Positions 47,212-57,747 of a stretch of DNA of 64,000 bases are shown one piece after another; position 1 is the stretch's first letter; each line of letters starts with the position of its first letter. The stretch is taken from the NCBI GenBank assembly GCA_050014195.1, contig JBEKDT010000009.1:120519-184518 (forward strand), read 5' to 3'. The translations under genes were made by a program, and so were the position numbers. The notes beneath the pieces were generated by a model, which saw nothing but the letters and a program-made list of their open reading frames with translations, was not told the DNA's origin and ran no database searches. This DNA comes from Desulfomonilia bacterium (GTDB lineage: Bacteria > Desulfobacterota > Desulfomonilia > UBA1062).

Positions 47212-48068
47212 AGTGCGTTAACCTATCGTATCGCTACGAGATCCCAGGGGATGAATGGGCGTTGATCGACATCGATTTGAAGATCGGTCAGGGGGAGAAG
47301 GTCGTCATCGCAGGGCCGACAGGCTCGGGCAAGACCACCTTGCTGCAGCTGCTGGATGCGCTCATTATCCCCGGCAAAGGCGACATACTCTACGACGGCA
47401 TCAGCGTGCGCACACTCGCCAGAAAAAAGGGGCTTCCTTCTGTGCGCAGGCGCATGGGAGTACTCTTTCAGTTTCCTGAAGACCAGTTCTTTCAGGAGAC
47501 GGCCTATGATGAGCTTGCCTTTGCCTTAAGGAACTTCTTTAGCCCCCGAGAAGAGGAAATCGAACAGAAGGCCTATTCGATAACCCGGGGCTTCGGCCTG
47601 GACTTGGCGCGGCTCAAGGACACCTCGCCTTTCAGCTTAAGCTCAGGAGAGAAGCGTAAACTAGCCTTGGCCTCGGCCCTCATGATAAGCCCTGAGATAT
47701 TGATGCTTGATGAACCGACGGCAGGCCTCGATGCCTCGGGCAGGCGCGAGCTTACCCGAATGATATACTCACTTGCCGATACCACGGTTATCATCGTCAC
47801 CCACAACCAGGAGGATTTCCTGGGCCTCATGGACCGTCTTATCGGCATCTCAGCAGGTAGGATAGTCATGGACGTGAGAAAGGAGGAACTGCTCGGGAAG
47901 GTTGATGCGATGGAGCAATCCGGGATCAATACCCCACTGGTGCTCCTGGTCCAGTATTGGCTCAAACAGGCCGGGATTTCTTTTGATCATACTTTTTTTG
48001 AGATGGAGGATCTGATCGGCTATCTGAAAAATGAGATCTTCAACACCAAGGGCCAAAGCCAATCTTAG
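47202..48068 (+). CDS. ECF-transporter-type ABC ATPase (EcfA2/CbiO-like)
   Basis: GPTGSGKTT, FQFPEDQ, SPFSLSSGEKR, LDEPTAGLD. Confidence 0.88.
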   Translation: MVIECVNLSYRYEIPGDEWALIDIDLKIGQGEKVVIAGPTGSGKTTLLQLLDALIIPGKGDILYDGISVRTLARKKGLPSVRRRMGVLFQFPEDQFFQETAYDELAFALRNFFSPREEEIEQKAYSITRGFGLDLARLKDTSPFSLSSGEKRKLALASALMISPEILMLDEPTAGLDASGRRELTRMIYSLADTTVIIVTHNQEDFLGLMDRLIGISAGRIVMDVRKEELLGKVDAMEQSGINTPLVLLVQYWLKQAGISFDHTFFEMEDLIGYLKNEIFNTKGQSQS

Positions 48069-48125
48069 CCTTATTTTATCCTATTGAGTATTGACTAATA
48101 CAAACCATGGTCTTAATCTATCCTT

Positions 48126-48656
48126 ATGAAGGATAGACCCGTGGCGAGCTTCGTGGAAATGAAGGTGGCAGGCATTGCACTTGACCCCACCAATAACGCA
48201 CCCATTGTGGTCCTGCGTGATCTTGAAGGTAAGTATATCCTCCCCATATGGATCGGTATCATGGAAGCGAGCGCGATTGCTGCAGCCCTTGAAGGGGTGC
48301 AGTATTCAAGGCCCATGACACACGATCTATTCAAGTCATTCATCGAAACGTTAGGCGCCGTCATTGAGAGGATCGAGGTGGTCGATATCAGGGACAATGT
48401 CTTCTATGCCCTCGTTACCATAACCCATGGCAACAGCCGTCTTACCATTGATGCCCGTCCTTCGGATGCCATAGCTATAGCGCTGAGAACCAAGTCCCCA
48501 ATATTTGTAGCAAATCATGTCATCAAGGATGCCATACGCCTTGACTCCAAGACAAGTATGGGTAAGGTCATGGTGGGCTTCGAGCAGGATACCGAGAAGC
48601 TCAAAGAGATCCTTGAGAAGATGAACCCCGAGGACTTCGGCAAGTTCAAGGCTTAA
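48126..48656 (+). CDS. Bifunctional nuclease family protein (DUF151)
   Basis: LPIWIG, RPMTHDL, DARPSDAIAIALR. Confidence 0.93.
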   Translation: MKDRPVASFVEMKVAGIALDPTNNAPIVVLRDLEGKYILPIWIGIMEASAIAAALEGVQYSRPMTHDLFKSFIETLGAVIERIEVVDIRDNVFYALVTITHGNSRLTIDARPSDAIAIALRTKSPIFVANHVIKDAIRLDSKTSMGKVMVGFEQDTEKLKEILEKMNPEDFGKFKA

Positions 48657-48706
48657 CCTCTTTTATATTGATAGACCCGGCAGCATCGTGTATTTCTCAT
48701 GAATAT

Positions 48707-51010
48707 ATGCAGGTACATGACTCTGCACATCAAAAGGCGAAGAAGATCAGCAAGGCCATCTTCGAGACCATTGTCGAAGTGGCGTATGAGGGTATCTTTG
48801 TCTATCAGGGCCATCGTTTTTTCTACGTAAACCCCGCTTTTGAACGCATGCTCGGTTACTCGGCAGAAGAGCTTGAGGATATGGGCTTTAAGGATGTGCT
48901 GCATGAAAGCTCGTCTGAGCTTATGGAAAAGCGATTTGATGCCCTGATCAGGGGCGAGGAGGTGCGCCCCCGCCGCCTGGACGTGATCTTCAGGACCAAG
49001 AGGGGCCAAGAGCGCATCATCTCGCTGTCCACCTCGGCCATCACCCTGGTGGGAGGCATCTCCGCCACTTTGAACATCGCCCGCGATATCACAAGGCGCA
49101 AGGGCATGGAGCAGAGCCTTGAATCTACGAACAAATTTCTGGCCGGTCTTATTGCAAGCTCGTCCGATGCCATAGTTGCCTCCGATCTGAAGGGCAGGGC
49201 ACTCATATTCAACAAGGCCGCCGAAGAGATCACGGGTTACAGCGCTGAAGATATGCTCAGCCACAGAAACAACATTGCACAGTTCATGGTTGAAGGTGAG
49301 CGTGATCGCATCATGGCCATCCTGGACCAGGGTACCGAGGAGAACCCCAGGTGGGTCGTGAGTGAAGAGACCTTGATCTATCACAAGGATGGATTACTCA
49401 TCCCCATTTCGATTTCCGTGTCCTATCTGTATTCCGAGGGGAAACCAGTTGCCGCCATCAGCGTCTTGCGTGACCTTAGGCCTTTGAAAAAGGTTGAAGA
49501 TAAACTTAAAGAGTCGGAACAGAAATATCGGATGCTGGTGGAGAAGACCCAGGATGGAATTTTTGTCTATCAGGACCATCAGTTCAAATACACTAATCCG
49601 GCTTTTAGGGAGCTATTGGGTTATGCCGAATCCGAGACCCCTCAGATGGGCCTGAAGGATATTGTGAGACCCGAGCTGGCTAGGATGATAGAGGCCCGTT
49701 ATGATAAGCGTATCCGGGGAGAAAAGGTTCCGGAACAGTATGAGATTGCGCTACGCAGCAAGGAAGGCCAATGGCGTGCCTTTGAGATCACCCCTTCCGT
49801 CATCGAGTATGAAGGAAGGCCGGGCACCCAGAATGTGATACGCGACATAACCCAGAAGAGAGAGGCTCAAAAGGCCCTTCGTGCCAGTGAAGCCAAATAT
49901 CGCGCCACCGTGGAGCATACCGGAACGGCCATGATGATCCTGAATGAAGACTATACGATAACCTTTGCGAACAACCAGCTGGAAAGGCTCAGCGGGTTTA
50001 GCAAGGAGGAGATCGAGGGCAAGATGCACTGGACCGATGTGGTACACCCTGATGATGTGGAGCGCATGAAAGGCTACAACAAGGCAAGGAGGCAAGGGGA
50101 TAAGGATGTTCCGTCCCAGTATGAGTTCCGGTTTAAAGACAAGGCCGGTAATATCAGAGACTCCTTTCTCACCATCGGCATGATTCCCGGCACCAGGCAG
50201 AGTATCGTATCTATTATGGATATTACTGAAATCAGGCAGATGCAGAAGGAACTGGAGCAGACCAGGAAGATGGCTATCTTAGGTGAGATGTCCGCTCATG
50301 TTGCACACGAGGTGAGGAATCCCCTTCAGAAGATTAAGACCGGTGTAGAGCTGTTGTCCAACTCGCTGTCACTGGATGAGCGGCTGAGCAGGCAGCTTGA
50401 TGGGGTGAAGCACGGAGTTGACAACCTCGAGAAGTTCGTTACCCAGATTCTTGAATGGACGCGCTCGGGAGAGCTCAGGCTTAAGTCCCACCGCATCAGC
50501 AACATCATCGATGGATTGTTGTTCAACCTTGAGAATACCTTCAGACAAAAGGAGGTAAAGGTTCAGAACTCATATGACAATGACGCCGACATGGTTGTCG
50601 TGGACGGTATCCAGCTCCGGCAGGTCTTTGAGAACATCATTGAAAACGCCCTTGACGCCATGCCCCATGGTGGATCCTTGATGATTTCAACAGCCGTTGT
50701 TCCCCAGTATACCTTCAAAAGAGGGAATAAGATCTTTACCTGTGATGCAACAGAGATCCGCATCAAAGACAGCGGCAATGGGATTACCAAAGAAGATTTG
50801 GAACGGATATTCCAGCCTTTTTTCACCAAGAAGGCCAAAGGAACCGGGCTTGGGCTTGCCCTGGTGAGGAAGGTCATTGACATGCACCATGGTGAGGTCG
50901 AGGCCTTGAGCGACCTTGAGCAGGGTTCTGAATTTGTGATCAGACTTCCCCATGAGCAGGGGGAGTCCTTAAGGATATCAAGTAGCGAAAATCCCTCGGT
51001 TCATAGTTAA
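48707..51010 (+). CDS. Cytoplasmic histidine kinase with four PAS domains
   Basis: Four PAS/PAC units (three end in RDIT/MDIT, one in RDLR); AHEVRNPL, N box, DSGNG, FFTKK, GTGLGL; no TM segment. Confidence 0.93.
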   Translation: MQVHDSAHQKAKKISKAIFETIVEVAYEGIFVYQGHRFFYVNPAFERMLGYSAEELEDMGFKDVLHESSSELMEKRFDALIRGEEVRPRRLDVIFRTKRGQERIISLSTSAITLVGGISATLNIARDITRRKGMEQSLESTNKFLAGLIASSSDAIVASDLKGRALIFNKAAEEITGYSAEDMLSHRNNIAQFMVEGERDRIMAILDQGTEENPRWVVSEETLIYHKDGLLIPISISVSYLYSEGKPVAAISVLRDLRPLKKVEDKLKESEQKYRMLVEKTQDGIFVYQDHQFKYTNPAFRELLGYAESETPQMGLKDIVRPELARMIEARYDKRIRGEKVPEQYEIALRSKEGQWRAFEITPSVIEYEGRPGTQNVIRDITQKREAQKALRASEAKYRATVEHTGTAMMILNEDYTITFANNQLERLSGFSKEEIEGKMHWTDVVHPDDVERMKGYNKARRQGDKDVPSQYEFRFKDKAGNIRDSFLTIGMIPGTRQSIVSIMDITEIRQMQKELEQTRKMAILGEMSAHVAHEVRNPLQKIKTGVELLSNSLSLDERLSRQLDGVKHGVDNLEKFVTQILEWTRSGELRLKSHRISNIIDGLLFNLENTFRQKEVKVQNSYDNDADMVVVDGIQLRQVFENIIENALDAMPHGGSLMISTAVVPQYTFKRGNKIFTCDATEIRIKDSGNGITKEDLERIFQPFFTKKAKGTGLGLALVRKVIDMHHGEVEALSDLEQGSEFVIRLPHEQGESLRISSSENPSVHS

Positions 51011-51029
51011 CAGAAAAACGAGGAGACAC

Positions 51030-52469
51030 GTGGAAGAGAAAAAAAAGATCCTGCTTGTCGATGATGAGGAGGTCTTTCTCGAGCAGCTCAAAGACGCCCT
51101 GGAGCAATCGAGCCTCAACCTTCAGATAGATACCGCCTCTGACGGTATTGAGGCCTTGAAAAAGATTGAGGCGGACCGCCACGATATCGTGATCACCGAT
51201 GTCAAGATGCCCAAAATGGATGGGTATAGTCTGCTCAAGGAGATCCAGCACCGCTATCCTTCCACATATGTAGTGATCATTACCGCCTTCGGCAGTATAT
51301 CAGGAGCTGTCGAGGCCATGAAGTACGGGGCATACGACTTCCTGGAGAAGCCTTTCAACATGGACACGCTCGAGATCTCGCTCGCCAAGATACTCAGGCA
51401 GCATGATATATTAAAAGAGAACATCGAGCTCAAGGGACAGATCCAACAGCACACGGAAGGACTCGACCAGCTCGTGGGATCGCACCCAAAGATGCAGAGG
51501 CTTTATGAACAGATCCTCACTGCATCGGAGACCGATCTTACCGTCCTCATCCTGGGGGAGACCGGCACGGGTAAGGAGCTCATCGCCCGGTCTATCCACT
51601 CTAGGAGCGATCGGAGGGCAAAGCCCTTTGTGGTTATCAACTGTGCAGCCATACCGGAAAACCTCCTTGAGTCGGAGTTCTTCGGCCATGAAAAGGGTGC
51701 CTTCAGCGGTGCCATCAGCCAGAGGATAGGCAAGTTCGAGAAAGCGCACACCGGCACATTGTTCCTCGACGAGATTGGTGATATCCCATTGGACCTCCAG
51801 GCCAAGATCCTGCGCGTCATCGAAGATCACAAGATTACGCGGATCGGCAGCAACCGGGAGATCGACCTGGACTTCCGTGTGATCTGCGCAACGAACCGTC
51901 CCATCCAGGATATGATCAGAAAGGAGCTTTTCAGGGAGGATCTTTACTATCGCATCAGCGTCTTGCCCATCATCGTGCCGCCTCTTCGAGAACGTAAGGA
52001 AGACATCTTGCTTCTTGCAGGCCATTTCATTACAAAAAATGCAAAGAAACTTAACTCCTCCGTGAAGGGGATCTCGGTCAAGGCCATGGAGCAGCTTACC
52101 GTGTATAGCTGGCCGGGTAATGTCAGGGAGTTGGAGAACATTATCCAGCATGCAATGGTCTCTACAAGGGCCGAGCTCATTACCGAATTTCCTGAACTGC
52201 ATAATGTTGCCATGGGCACGCAGGCAGCACCCGCTGTCTCGGTAACGGAAGAGCCCACCATATGGGTGGATGCAGGTGAGGGGAATGACTATCACTCAAT
52301 CAAGCAGACGCTGCTGGAGCAGTTTGAGCGGAAGTACCTTGCCCACCTCCTGGAAAAACACGGCGGCGTTATTGCCGAGGCGGCCCGGGAGTCGGGCTTG
52401 AACTATAAAACCTTTTACCTGAAGGTGGAGAAGTACCACCTCACCAAGAAGAGAGAAAGAATGCCATAG
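51030..52469 (+). CDS. Sigma54-dependent response regulator (NtrC family)
   Basis: REC domain, GETGTGKE, GAFSGA, LFLDEI, WPGNVRELEN, Fis-type HTH. Confidence 0.95.
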   Translation: MEEKKKILLVDDEEVFLEQLKDALEQSSLNLQIDTASDGIEALKKIEADRHDIVITDVKMPKMDGYSLLKEIQHRYPSTYVVIITAFGSISGAVEAMKYGAYDFLEKPFNMDTLEISLAKILRQHDILKENIELKGQIQQHTEGLDQLVGSHPKMQRLYEQILTASETDLTVLILGETGTGKELIARSIHSRSDRRAKPFVVINCAAIPENLLESEFFGHEKGAFSGAISQRIGKFEKAHTGTLFLDEIGDIPLDLQAKILRVIEDHKITRIGSNREIDLDFRVICATNRPIQDMIRKELFREDLYYRISVLPIIVPPLRERKEDILLLAGHFITKNAKKLNSSVKGISVKAMEQLTVYSWPGNVRELENIIQHAMVSTRAELITEFPELHNVAMGTQAAPAVSVTEEPTIWVDAGEGNDYHSIKQTLLEQFERKYLAHLLEKHGGVIAEAARESGLNYKTFYLKVEKYHLTKKRERMP

Positions 52470-52619
52470 GCATCATTGTGCCTCATGCAACGAGACGTTA
52501 GCAATTAGGTTCTGGGGATCCCTTCCTTCAGTCAAAGTCCGCTTTTCTCATCGCTATTCACTAATCACAATCCTCATCTCCTCAATGAACAGAATCAATA
52601 TCCGACACAAATCCAGACC

Positions 52620-52635
52620 TGGTATGTTTTTCGCA
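52620..52635 (+). promoter_or_regulatory. Sigma54 (-24/-12) promoter of flhB
   Basis: TGGTATGTTTTTCGCA with exact GG-N10-GC spacing. Confidence 0.6.
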
Positions 52636-52647
52636 TTCCAGCATGCC

Positions 52648-53724
52648 ATGGCCAGAGAAGACGAGAACGGTCAAGAGCGAACCGAACAACCTACCAGTAA
52701 AAGGCTGAAGGATTCCCGGGAGAAGGGCCAGGTATGCAAGAGCATGGAGGTATCCACATCCATGCTCTTCCTGGCAACAGTCATTGCTTTTTATCTTTAT
52801 ATTCCTTCACTTGCATCCAAACTCATGATGATTGTGAGATCATATCTGACAAACCTCTCCATGTGGGATGGTTCAAGGGTCGGCATCATATCCATCTTCA
52901 GACATAGCGTTTTTGAACTCGGCATGTTGGTTATGCCGCTTCTTCTCCTCTTTCTCACCATCGGTTTAGTGTCAAATATCCTTCAGGTAGGTTTCGTCAT
53001 CAGCCCCGAAGCCATTGTACCGAAGCTCTCCAAGATAAATCCGCTGACCGGATTCAAGAATAGATTCATGTCCATGAGGAGCCTTGAACATCTCCTTAAG
53101 ACCCTGGTAATCATGGCCATCATTATCTGGGTATCCTACCGTGCCATCAAGCGAGAGATTCCGGTATACCCCCCCCTCATGAGTGCCGATGTATCCGTCA
53201 TTGCTTTGACGTTTTTCCACTCTGCTGTACATCTCCTGTGGGATGTCCTGTGGATCTTTATTATCATTGCTATTGCTGATTATGGGTTCCAGAAATGGCA
53301 GTACTCTCAAGACGTTATGATGACCAAGCAAGAGATGAAAGATGAATTCAAGCAATCAGAGGGAAACCCAATCATAAAGAGCAGAATCCGCTCCATCCAG
53401 CTCCATATGGCCAGAAAACGGATGATGCGCCAGGTGCCCAAGGCGGATGTGGTCATCACCAACCCTACTCACCTGGCAATAGCTTTGCAATATGAACGGG
53501 GCATGATGATTGCACCGACGGTCATAGCCAAAGGAGCGGGAACGGTGGCGGAAAAGATTAAGGAAGTGGCGAGAAAGGCATCCGTACCCATTGTAGAGAA
53601 CAAGCCTCTTGCGCAGGCGCTCTATAAATCGGTGGATATCGGGGAAAGCATCCCGGAAAAACTCTATAAGGCGGTGGCCGAGATCCTGGCCTATGTGTAC
53701 CGCCTGAAGGCAGGAGTCAGATAA
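52648..53724 (+). CDS. flhB: Flagellar export protein FlhB
   Basis: ERTEQPTSKRL, EGNP, NPTH autocleavage motif; start placed at ATG 52648. Confidence 0.96.
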   Translation: MAREDENGQERTEQPTSKRLKDSREKGQVCKSMEVSTSMLFLATVIAFYLYIPSLASKLMMIVRSYLTNLSMWDGSRVGIISIFRHSVFELGMLVMPLLLLFLTIGLVSNILQVGFVISPEAIVPKLSKINPLTGFKNRFMSMRSLEHLLKTLVIMAIIIWVSYRAIKREIPVYPPLMSADVSVIALTFFHSAVHLLWDVLWIFIIIAIADYGFQKWQYSQDVMMTKQEMKDEFKQSEGNPIIKSRIRSIQLHMARKRMMRQVPKADVVITNPTHLAIALQYERGMMIAPTVIAKGAGTVAEKIKEVARKASVPIVENKPLAQALYKSVDIGESIPEKLYKAVAEILAYVYRLKAGVR

Positions 53725-55794
53725 ATGGCAACCCAGAGTCTTCCCTTAAAACTCCCGGAAAAGATCTCAAGCGACATCTTTATGGCGCTGGGGGTGTTGG
53801 CAGTTTTGTTCATCGTTTTAGTACCGCTGCCCACTTTCCTGCTGGACATTTTTCTTACCTTCAGCATCGCCATCGGCATAATCATCCTCATGGTCAGCAT
53901 GTATACGACAAGTCCCTTGAACTTTTCCGTATTCCCCTCTCTGTTGCTGATCGTTACCCTCTACAGGCTCGCGCTCAACATAGCATCCACACGTATCATC
54001 CTCCTGCACGGCTTCGAGGGTGATCTGGCTGCAGGACGCGTCATCCATACCTTTGGTCAGTTCGTGGTGGGCGGCAGTTACGTTGTCGGGTTTGTAGTCT
54101 TTTCCATCTTTGTCCTCATTAACTTTGTAGTCATAACCAAGGGCGCCACCCGCATCGGTGAAGTCACCGCACGGTTCACTTTAGATGCCATGCCCGGAAA
54201 GCAGATGGCCATAGATGCCGATCTGAACGCAGGTATGATTACTGAGGATGAGGCGCGGCGCAGAAGGGAGCGCATCGCCCGTGAAGCGGAATTCTACGGG
54301 GCCATGGACGGTGCCACCAAGTTTGTCCGTGGAGACGCAATTGCAGGCATTGTCATAACCATCATAAATATCCTCGGCGGCATCATCATAGGCGTGCTGC
54401 AGAACGGCATGCCCTTCTCCGAGGCTCTCAGGACCTATACCATTCTCACCATCGGTGATGGCCTGGTTGCCCAGATTCCCGCCCTTATCATCTCATCGGC
54501 CGCAGGCATCGTAGTGACCCAGTCTGCCGCCGATAAATCCGTGGGCAAGCAGCTCTCAGAGCAGCTCTCCTTCCAGCCCATGGCATTGCTGACATCTGCA
54601 GGAATCATCTTTATCTTCGGACTGGTTCCCGGCATGCCCCACTTCGCCTTCCTCACCATGGCCTCTATCATGGGCGGGGTGGGGTGGGTGAGCCTGAGAT
54701 TCAATGCTGAAGAGAGAAAAGAGGAACTTCCACCACCGCAGGCTGAGGAGGTTTCGACAGAGGCCCTGCTGCCCATGGATATCATCGAGTTCGAGGTGGG
54801 TTATGGCCTGATACCCCTGGTGGATACCTCCCAGGGCGGCGAGCTGCTTGCACGGATTAAGGGTATGCGCAGGACCGTGGCAGGCGAGTTGGGTGTCGTG
54901 GTACCACCTATTCATGTGAGGGACAACCTCGAGCTCAAGCCCAATGAGTACCGCCTCATGCTTAAGGGCATCGAGATCGCACGGGCCGAGGCGATCGCCG
55001 ACAGGCTTATGGTTTTGAATCCGGAGAAGGTCGAAATCGACATTCCGGGCATCCCTGTTAAAGAGCCTGCCTTCGGCCTGCCCGGCCTCTGGATCAAGAA
55101 GGCAGACAGCGAGCGTGCACAATTGGCAGGCCTCACCGTAGTGGATGCAGCTACGGTGGTGGCCACACACTTGACGGAAGCCATCAAGAGCAATGCCCAT
55201 GACCTGCTGGGAAGGCAGGAGCTCCAGTCCATCCTGGACACGGTATCGAGGACACACCCGAAGGTGATTGAGGACCTTATCCCGGGCACATTGCCTGCCG
55301 GTGTCGTGCTTAGGGTGCTCAGGAACCTTCTTAAAGAGAAAGTCGCGGTTAAGAACATCCTGACCATCTTGGAGACATTGGCGGACTTCGGGCACATGAC
55401 CAAAGATCCCGATATTTTGACGGAGTATGTCAGACAAGCCCTCATGCGAACTATCAGCACCCCCTATATCATGGGCAAAACCATCAGCGTACTGGCTCTT
55501 GACCCCAATATAGACGGGATGATCTCCGGTTCCATCCAGCATACGGAACATGGTTCATATCTTGCATTAGATCCGGAGAAATCGCAGAAAATACTTATGA
55601 CGTTGAATAAGGAGGTAAACAATGTGGGAAAACAGGGCATGGTACCGATCCTGCTCACCTCGCCGATCAGCAGGGCTTATGTGAAGCGGCTTTCTGAACG
55701 GTACATGCCTGACCTGGTTGTGCTCTCCCACAATGAGATACCTCCTGAGGTTACCATCAAGAATTTAGGATTGGTGAGGATCGATGCAAATTAA
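53725..55794 (+). CDS. flhA: Flagellar export protein FlhA
   Basis: RFTLDAMPGKQMAIDADL, FYGAMDGA, TIGDGLV. Confidence 0.98.
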   Translation: MATQSLPLKLPEKISSDIFMALGVLAVLFIVLVPLPTFLLDIFLTFSIAIGIIILMVSMYTTSPLNFSVFPSLLLIVTLYRLALNIASTRIILLHGFEGDLAAGRVIHTFGQFVVGGSYVVGFVVFSIFVLINFVVITKGATRIGEVTARFTLDAMPGKQMAIDADLNAGMITEDEARRRRERIAREAEFYGAMDGATKFVRGDAIAGIVITIINILGGIIIGVLQNGMPFSEALRTYTILTIGDGLVAQIPALIISSAAGIVVTQSAADKSVGKQLSEQLSFQPMALLTSAGIIFIFGLVPGMPHFAFLTMASIMGGVGWVSLRFNAEERKEELPPPQAEEVSTEALLPMDIIEFEVGYGLIPLVDTSQGGELLARIKGMRRTVAGELGVVVPPIHVRDNLELKPNEYRLMLKGIEIARAEAIADRLMVLNPEKVEIDIPGIPVKEPAFGLPGLWIKKADSERAQLAGLTVVDAATVVATHLTEAIKSNAHDLLGRQELQSILDTVSRTHPKVIEDLIPGTLPAGVVLRVLRNLLKEKVAVKNILTILETLADFGHMTKDPDILTEYVRQALMRTISTPYIMGKTISVLALDPNIDGMISGSIQHTEHGSYLALDPEKSQKILMTLNKEVNNVGKQGMVPILLTSPISRAYVKRLSERYMPDLVVLSHNEIPPEVTIKNLGLVRIDAN

Positions 55795-56848
55795 AACCTA
55801 TATGGCTGCCTCCATGAAGGATGCGCTCTCGCAGATCAAGTCGGAGCTCGGCTCGAATGCGGTCATCATCTCCACGCGGGAGATCAGGGAGAGCGGCTAC
55901 GGCCTCATGAGCAAACCATTAATCGAGGTTGTGGCTGCAGTAGATTATGACGGTGACGGTATCATGAAAAATAGACAGGCGAACAAGGCCCTGAGCAATA
56001 CATCGTATACCCGGGACCCTGCATCTGCGACCCTGCAGGCACCAAAGCAGATCGGCGACGAGATCGTGGAGCTGAAAAAGATGCTTAAACAGCTCATGTC
56101 TCAGAACAGTATCGCACCCATGAGCCACCTGCGTGAAAAGCTCATCACAAAAGGCATCCGAGAGAACCTCGCAGACCTCATTATCACGAAGCTTGGGGAC
56201 GATACAAACGAGGACGCGGTCAAAGAGCTGCTTTCCAAACTGATCCGGGTGGAAGGCCCCACTGATGAACGGGTCTGGATTTTCCTGGGCACAACTGGTG
56301 TGGGCAAGACCACTACGATTGCCAAGATCGCAGCCAGGTCCGTATTGTCTGAATCCAGACGGGTTGCCCTCATCACACTGGACAGCTACCGGATCGGCGC
56401 CATCGACCAGAGCCGGATTTATGCCAAAATATTGAACATTCCGTTCTTTTCCGTGACAACCCCATCAGAGCTCAAGTCTGCCCTGAATCAGCTCGACTCA
56501 ACCGAACTCATCCTTGTGGACACCGTCGGCCGCTCGCCCTTCTGTACAGAATATGCACGCCAGTTAATCGGATACTTTGATGGCATCAGGGCATGCAGGT
56601 TCCTCCTCATGCCGGTCGCCACCCGGGACCAGGAAATGGACACCATCACCAAGACATTCTCCCCTCTGAACGTGGACCGCATGATCTTCACAAAATTCGA
56701 CGAGGCCCACGTGGCAGGGAGTGTCGTTACACACAACCTGATGCATCGTACACCCATATCTCACATTACAACCGGGCAGCGGGTCCCAGAGGACATTGAG
56801 CCGGCCACCCCGGACAAGATCATAGCACGCACCCTTGGAGATGCATAA
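55784..56848 (+). CDS. flhF: SRP-type GTPase FlhF
   Basis: GTTGVGKTTT, DTVGR, TKFDE, GQRVPEDI. Confidence 0.93.
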   Translation: MQIKTYMAASMKDALSQIKSELGSNAVIISTREIRESGYGLMSKPLIEVVAAVDYDGDGIMKNRQANKALSNTSYTRDPASATLQAPKQIGDEIVELKKMLKQLMSQNSIAPMSHLREKLITKGIRENLADLIITKLGDDTNEDAVKELLSKLIRVEGPTDERVWIFLGTTGVGKTTTIAKIAARSVLSESRRVALITLDSYRIGAIDQSRIYAKILNIPFFSVTTPSELKSALNQLDSTELILVDTVGRSPFCTEYARQLIGYFDGIRACRFLLMPVATRDQEMDTITKTFSPLNVDRMIFTKFDEAHVAGSVVTHNLMHRTPISHITTGQRVPEDIEPATPDKIIARTLGDA

Positions 56849-57747
56849 TGAAGGATCAAGCCCATACCTTGCGGAAAATTTTCAAAGAAGGAACAACCAT
56901 CTCACCAACGGTCCTGTCCGTTACATCGGGCAAAGGCGGGGTGGGAAAGACGAGCATTGTGGTGAACATAGCAATCCTTTTGGCATCACGGGGTAAAAAG
57001 GTACTCGTGCTGGACGCCGACCTTGGGCTCGCCAATGTGGATGTGATGCTGGGCCTTGCACCGAAACTCACCATCAAGCATGTCCTTGACGGACAGTGCT
57101 CTCTTGCCGACATAGTTTTGGAGGGTCCGGGCGGAATCAAGATCATCCCTGCATCGTCCGGTATCCAGGAACTCTCGGAGCTAAAGCCCGAACAACAGAT
57201 AAGCATTATGGACGCACTGGATCATTTTGAAGGCGACCTCGACTTCATGTTCGTGGATACCGGCGCAGGGATATCCAAAAACGTCATGTACTTCAATGCA
57301 GCCTCACAGCGCATCATCGTGGTGGCAACCCCTGAACCCACGTCCATCACGGACGCTTATGCACTTATCAAGGTATTGTGCAGGCAATACGGTATCAAGA
57401 GATTCGATTTAATCGTGAACAACGTGACATCAAAATCCGAGGGGGATCAAGTGGCGGAAAAATTGTCATTGGTATGTGAGAGGTTCCTCGGGGATGTGGC
57501 CCTGGAGATTCTTGGCTCCATCCCGCATGACAAAACCATTCCTGAATGCATCAAGGCACAGAAGGCGTTCGTGGATGTTCACCCGCAAAGCGAGGTAACC
57601 AAGAGGCTTTCCCGGATTGTAGGCAAGCTCGAGGATACCACGCGGACCGGTACAAGCGGAAACCTTCAGTTCTTTTTTAGAAAGATGCTCTTGAATCAAG
57701 TGAAAGGAACAAGCCATGCAGGATATCGTTTACACGGAACTTACTGA
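56848..57747 (+). CDS. flhG: MinD-like ATPase FlhG/FleN
   Basis: DQAHTLR, SGKGGVGKT, DADLGLAN, PEPTSITDAY. Confidence 0.93.
   Translation: MKDQAHTLRKIFKEGTTISPTVLSVTSGKGGVGKTSIVVNIAILLASRGKKVLVLDADLGLANVDVMLGLAPKLTIKHVLDGQCSLADIVLEGPGGIKIIPASSGIQELSELKPEQQISIMDALDHFEGDLDFMFVDTGAGISKNVMYFNAASQRIIVVATPEPTSITDAYALIKVLCRQYGIKRFDLIVNNVTSKSEGDQVAEKLSLVCERFLGDVALEILGSIPHDKTIPECIKAQKAFVDVHPQSEVTKRLSRIVGKLEDTTRTGTSGNLQFFFRKMLLNQVKGTSHAGYRLHGTY

Noticed and set aside
11873-55551. Long antisense ORFs (e.g. 11873-12604, 32969-33679, 48653-49384, 51411-52295, 54556-55551)
   Set aside because: Shadows of well-conserved genes on the opposite strand, with no recognisable motifs.
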